Part shown: piece after piece, positions 60,572 to 64,000 of the stretch
Layout of the letters: each line of letters opens with the position of its first letter
How positions within the stretch are numbered: position 1 is the first letter of the stretch
Assembly: GCA_963711565.1 (NCBI GenBank)
Contig: CAVQEQ010000003.1
Coordinates: 1,216,001 to 1,280,000, forward strand
Length of the DNA: 64,000 bases
Reading direction: 5' to 3'
DNA from: an uncultured delta proteobacterium
GTDB taxonomy: Bacteria; Desulfobacterota; Binatia; Binatales; Binataceae
The notes under the pieces: generated by a model
Told to the model about the DNA's origin: nothing
Seen by the model: the letters and a program-made list of their open reading frames with translations, nothing else
Databases searched by the model: none
Translations under genes and position numbers: made by a program

Positions 60572-61507
60572 TCAGATGCCCTCGGCCTGGAAAAGATCGG
60601 TCGTCAAGTAGCGCTCGCCCGTATCGCAGAAGACTACGACCACGACGTTGCCCTTGCCGAGCCGCTTGGCCACCTGCAGCGCCGCGTAGCAATTCGCGCC
60701 CGACGAGATTCCGACTAGCATGCCTTCTTCGCGCGCGAGACGGCGCGAGAACAGGGTCGCGTCCTCGTCGCTGACGGGGATTATCTCGTCGTAAACCTTG
60801 GTGTCGAGATTGCTCGGAATGAAGCCGGCGCCGATCCCCTGTATCTTATGGAAGCCCGGCTCGCCGCCCGACAACACCTGCGAGTTCTTCGGCTCGACGG
60901 CGACGATCAGCACTCGTTTGTCGAGATGCTCGCGCAGGTAGTGCCCCGCGCCGGTGATCGTCCCGCCCGTGCCGACGCCCGCGACAAACGCGTCGATGCT
61001 CTTGAACTGCTGGAGCAGCTCCGGCCCGGTGCATCGATAATGGATGTCGGGGTTGGCGGTGTTGCTGAATTGCTGCGGCATGAAGTAGCCGGGATTCTCG
61101 CGGCACAGCTCCTCGGCCTTCGCGATCGCGCCATGCATCCCGCGCGTATCCGGCGTCAGCACCAGCTTGGCGCCGTAAGCGACGAGCAACGAGCGCCGCT
61201 CCTCGCTCATCGTATCCGGCATCGTCAGGATGAGCTTGTAGCCCTTGACGGCTGCAACCAGCGCCAGCCCAATCCCGGTATTCCCCGAGGTCGGCTCGAC
61301 GATCGTATCGCCCGGCTTGAGCCGCCCGGACTTCTCCGCCGCCTCGACCATCGCAAGGCAAATCCGATCTTTTACGCTACCGCCCGGATTGAAATTCTCG
61401 AGCTTCGCCCAAATTTCGGCATCATCTTTGCCGGGGATACGGTTGAGCCGCACCACTGGCGTATTCCCAATAAGATCAAGCGGCGACTGCGCAACGCTGA
61501 TAGGCAT
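60572..61507 (-). CDS. cysK: Cysteine synthase A
   Basis: [35 protein letters not shown]. Confidence 0.95.
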   Translation of the reverse strand: MPISVAQSPLDLIGNTPVVRLNRIPGKDDAEIWAKLENFNPGGSVKDRICLAMVEAAEKSGRLKPGDTIVEPTSGNTGIGLALVAAVKGYKLILTMPDTMSEERRSLLVAYGAKLVLTPDTRGMHGAIAKAEELCRENPGYFMPQQFSNTANPDIHYRCTGPELLQQFKSIDAFVAGVGTGGTITGAGHYLREHLDKRVLIVAVEPKNSQVLSGGEPGFHKIQGIGAGFIPSNLDTKVYDEIIPVSDEDATLFSRRLAREEGMLVGISSGANCYAALQVAKRLGKGNVVVVVFCDTGERYLTTDLFQAEGI

Positions 61508-61885
61508 AGAGCCGATTCTATCCAGAAAATATCGCGGTTGCGAATCTCCAAAGTTGCAACGATTTTGATCGGGGGACGTTCCAGGCGCGAAAAGCCATTC
61601 TCTTCCATTTCCGCGGGGCGAGGTTGGTTCGCGGTGCTGGCGGTAGAGCAATAACCCATCCTGTTCCGACGGCAGATTGGCGAAGGTTGGACCGACGAGC
61701 ATCGGCGCCATCGGGGACATTGCTGACACCTGGTTGCGGACGTCCGGTCGATTGTGATGCGAATTCAAAGCGTGATGAATAGAGCGGGCGGTGATCGAAA
61801 GCATTCGAACATCGTCGCCAGTTTGGCACCATCGATGGGAAAGCGTAAGGCGGAAAAGTTCAGGGGGAAGAAAATGCGAAGTGAG

Positions 61886-61938
61886 ATGCGGGGCTCCTCG
61901 CCCCGCGCCCTCGGCAGGGGTGACCCCTGCACCCAGTG
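61886..61938. repeat. REP-like double hairpin, family A copy 3
   Basis: gcgggg-ctcctcg-ccccgc hairpin followed by tcggcaggggtgacccctgcacccagtg, identical to 2846-2873. Confidence 0.8.
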
Positions 61939-62145
61939 TGAAGCGCAAAGTTGCGCGCATCGCGCTACTTTGCTCTCAGGGGCGGTGGCTCTCGATTGCA
62001 GGGCGAGGCGAAGTACTGCGCGCCGGGTTATGCAAAGATTTCCTGCGAGGGAGTGGATCATGGGGAGGGTCCGCTTGCAGCGCGCGCATCCCGCGCGCGA
62101 TTCAAGATTCTGCTTCAGCATATATCACCCTCTACTCTCTCACTG

Positions 62146-62173
62146 TGTCATTCAGAGCGCAGCGAAGAATCCC
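62146..62173. repeat. REP-like family B-related single copy
   Basis: tgtcattcagagcgcagcgaagaatccc resembles the 35833 unit. Confidence 0.5.
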
Positions 62174-62229
62174 GGCTCCGTCAGGATCTGATGATCGCTA
62201 AATGCGAGAGGCGCAAAATCAAGAGGAAG

Positions 62230-62369
62230 ATGGGCCCGATCCTTATTCTGGACAAATCGGCGCTTCAGTCTCTCTCTCGGAGGGAGGTGTGGCGACTAAG
62301 GAAGCACTTTTCGCTGAACGTGCCGCCCATACTGATTGCCGAAATCTTGGGAGACTTGGCGAAAGCTGA
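62230..62369 (+). pseudogene. Hypothetical gene truncated by IS3
   Basis: GAGGA RBS and MGPILILDKSALQSLS...EILGDLAK running into the IS left end. Confidence 0.65.
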
Positions 62370-62435
62370 TGGCCTGCACCCCGAAAACTCCGCCGAAATG
62401 AGGTAGAGTCCGTCGCCTGAAAAGGAGACGGGCAA

Positions 62436-62702
62436 ATGAAAGGAAGCCGCTTCACGGAGGAGCAGATCATCGGGGTGCTACGCGAGCAGGAGGCAGGGGC
62501 CAGGACTGAAGAGGTGTGCCGGCGCCACGGGGTCTCGAGCGCAACTTTTTACAAGTGGAAATCGAAGTACGGCGGGCTGGAGGTGTCGGACGCCAGGCGG
62601 CTCAAGGCGCTTGAGGATGAGAACCGCCGCCTGAAGCGACTGTTGGCCGACTCGCTGTTGGACAACGCGGCGCTCAAGGACCTGCTCGGAAAAAACGTCT
62701 GA
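62436..62702 (+). CDS. IS3 OrfA
   Basis: [29 protein letters not shown]; A6C slippery run at the 3' end. Confidence 0.93.
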   Translation: MKGSRFTEEQIIGVLREQEAGARTEEVCRRHGVSSATFYKWKSKYGGLEVSDARRLKALEDENRRLKRLLADSLLDNAALKDLLGKNV

Positions 62703-62725
62703 AGCCTGCGGCGCGGCGAGTAGCA

Positions 62726-63625
62726 GTGATTCGGGTAATAGAGCGTCACGGGCTGAGTCAGCGGCGTGCGTGCGAGCTGGTCGGGTTGGATCGTTCGACT
62801 CTGCGCTACCGGTGCAGACGACCGGACGACTCGGCACTAAGGCAGCGGCTTAGGGAGCTGGCCGCGGAGCGGCGGCGCTTCGGGTACCGGCGATTAGGAT
62901 GGATGCTGGCGCGCGAAGGTCACGCGCTGAACCACAAGAAGCTTTATCGATTGTACCGCGAAGAGCGGCTGATGGTGCGCCGGCGTCGAGGGCGCAAGCG
63001 GGCACTAGGTACGCGAGCGCCGATGACGCTGCCGATCAGAATCAACCAGCGCTGGTCGCTCGACTTCGTCTCGGACACGCTGAGCGACGGCCGTCGCTTC
63101 CGCATCCTGTGCGTGGTGGACGACTTTAGCCGCGAGTGCCTGGCCACGGTGGTCGACACCTCACTAGGCGGAGTACGCGTGGTGCGCGAATTGGAGCGGC
63201 TCACGATCGAACGAGCGCTGCCGGAGACGGTGGTTAGCGACAATGGAACCGAACTCACCAGTGGTGCGGTGCTGCGCTGGGCAACGAGAAGGGTCGCGTG
63301 GCACTACATCGAGCCGGGCAAGCCGGTGCAGAACGCCTTCATCGAATCGTTCAACAGCAAGTTGCGCGACGAGTGCCTTAACGAGTACGTGTTCTCAAGC
63401 CTCGGTGAAGCGCGCGCGATCATCGAGGCGTGGCGGCACGACTACAACCACCTGCGCCCGCACTCTAGTCTCGGCTACCTCGCACCGGAGGAGTTCGCGG
63501 CAAGGAATCAAGGGAGCTCGGCCGTCGCGCGCACCGCTTGGCCAGCAGGGCTGGCCGGCGCGGTGCAAGGCGCGCCGACCTCGGATCCAAAACCAGACAG
63601 TTTTCCAGCCGCCCTCAGAGAGTGA
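62726..63625 (+). CDS. IS3 OrfB DDE transposase (fused to OrfA by -1 frameshift)
   Basis: [23 protein letters not shown]. Confidence 0.93.
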   Translation: MIRVIERHGLSQRRACELVGLDRSTLRYRCRRPDDSALRQRLRELAAERRRFGYRRLGWMLAREGHALNHKKLYRLYREERLMVRRRRGRKRALGTRAPMTLPIRINQRWSLDFVSDTLSDGRRFRILCVVDDFSRECLATVVDTSLGGVRVVRELERLTIERALPETVVSDNGTELTSGAVLRWATRRVAWHYIEPGKPVQNAFIESFNSKLRDECLNEYVFSSLGEARAIIEAWRHDYNHLRPHSSLGYLAPEEFAARNQGSSAVARTAWPAGLAGAVQGAPTSDPKPDSFPAALRE

Positions 63626-64000
63626 AGGGCGGCCGGAAAAACTGGGATGAAGATGAAACCAAAGCCACAAACAACACACCCCAGGAGGGGCGAAATAACC
63701 GACGGACTCTACTTATAACTGGCGGGAAATTGGGGTGCAGGCCACCAGTACTGGTGGTTGGGCGTTCATCACCAACGGTCGATGCCCTACTAAGAGAAAC
63801 AATTTGTACTCGCCAGCAGCAGCGCCACCACTACAATTGACCTCGATATTTGCCGCCTGAAACGCTTGCCGTAGTAATTCTACGGATCGTCTTTCGGGTC
63901 AAACTTTGGCTTAGTGTTTTCTCCCACTTCATCAATGCACAAACCTTGGTTCAGAGTATTCGGGTCTTGGTTGCTCGTACTGAGTTCCACCGTCCATTCC

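Larger units (their letters stand above)
62370..63744 (+). mobile_element. IS3-family insertion sequence, 1375 bp
   Basis: TG...CA ends; inverted repeats share TGGCCTGCACCCC; orfA/orfB layout. Confidence 0.93.

Noticed and set aside
61508-61960. 151-codon in-frame N-terminal extension of cysK
   Set aside because: It runs through a REP-like repeat, lacks domain character, and CysK homology starts at MPISVAQSP; a small upstream peptide cannot be fully excluded.

Overview
GC-rich bacterial chromosomal window; gene style (secreted proteins with Thr/Ala/Pro linkers and Ig-like domains, P450, many catabolic enzymes) suggests a soil Deltaproteobacteria-like/Binatota lineage, which is inference only. 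Core genes: lnt, prfB (programmed +1 frameshift), panE, coaE, lemA-htpX, smpB plus tmRNA, pobA, bioB, larE, cysK, and a selD split by a 1-nt frameshift. Accessory DNA: a ~7.6 kb satellite-like integrative element at the ssrA 3' end (18-bp att repeat, integrase, alpA with an in-frame stop, primase-helicase with iteron-like repeats), an IS3 element, a 153-bp MITE, two type II TA pairs and several REP-like families. The two best candidates for undescribed biology are adjacent: a secreted protein with 11 tandem 30-31 aa repeats of about 22% Trp, and a DUF559 nuclease gene inside nested inverted G-run/palindromic repeats (a REPtron-like layout without an HUH transposase). All family calls are from motif recognition by eye; no searches were run.
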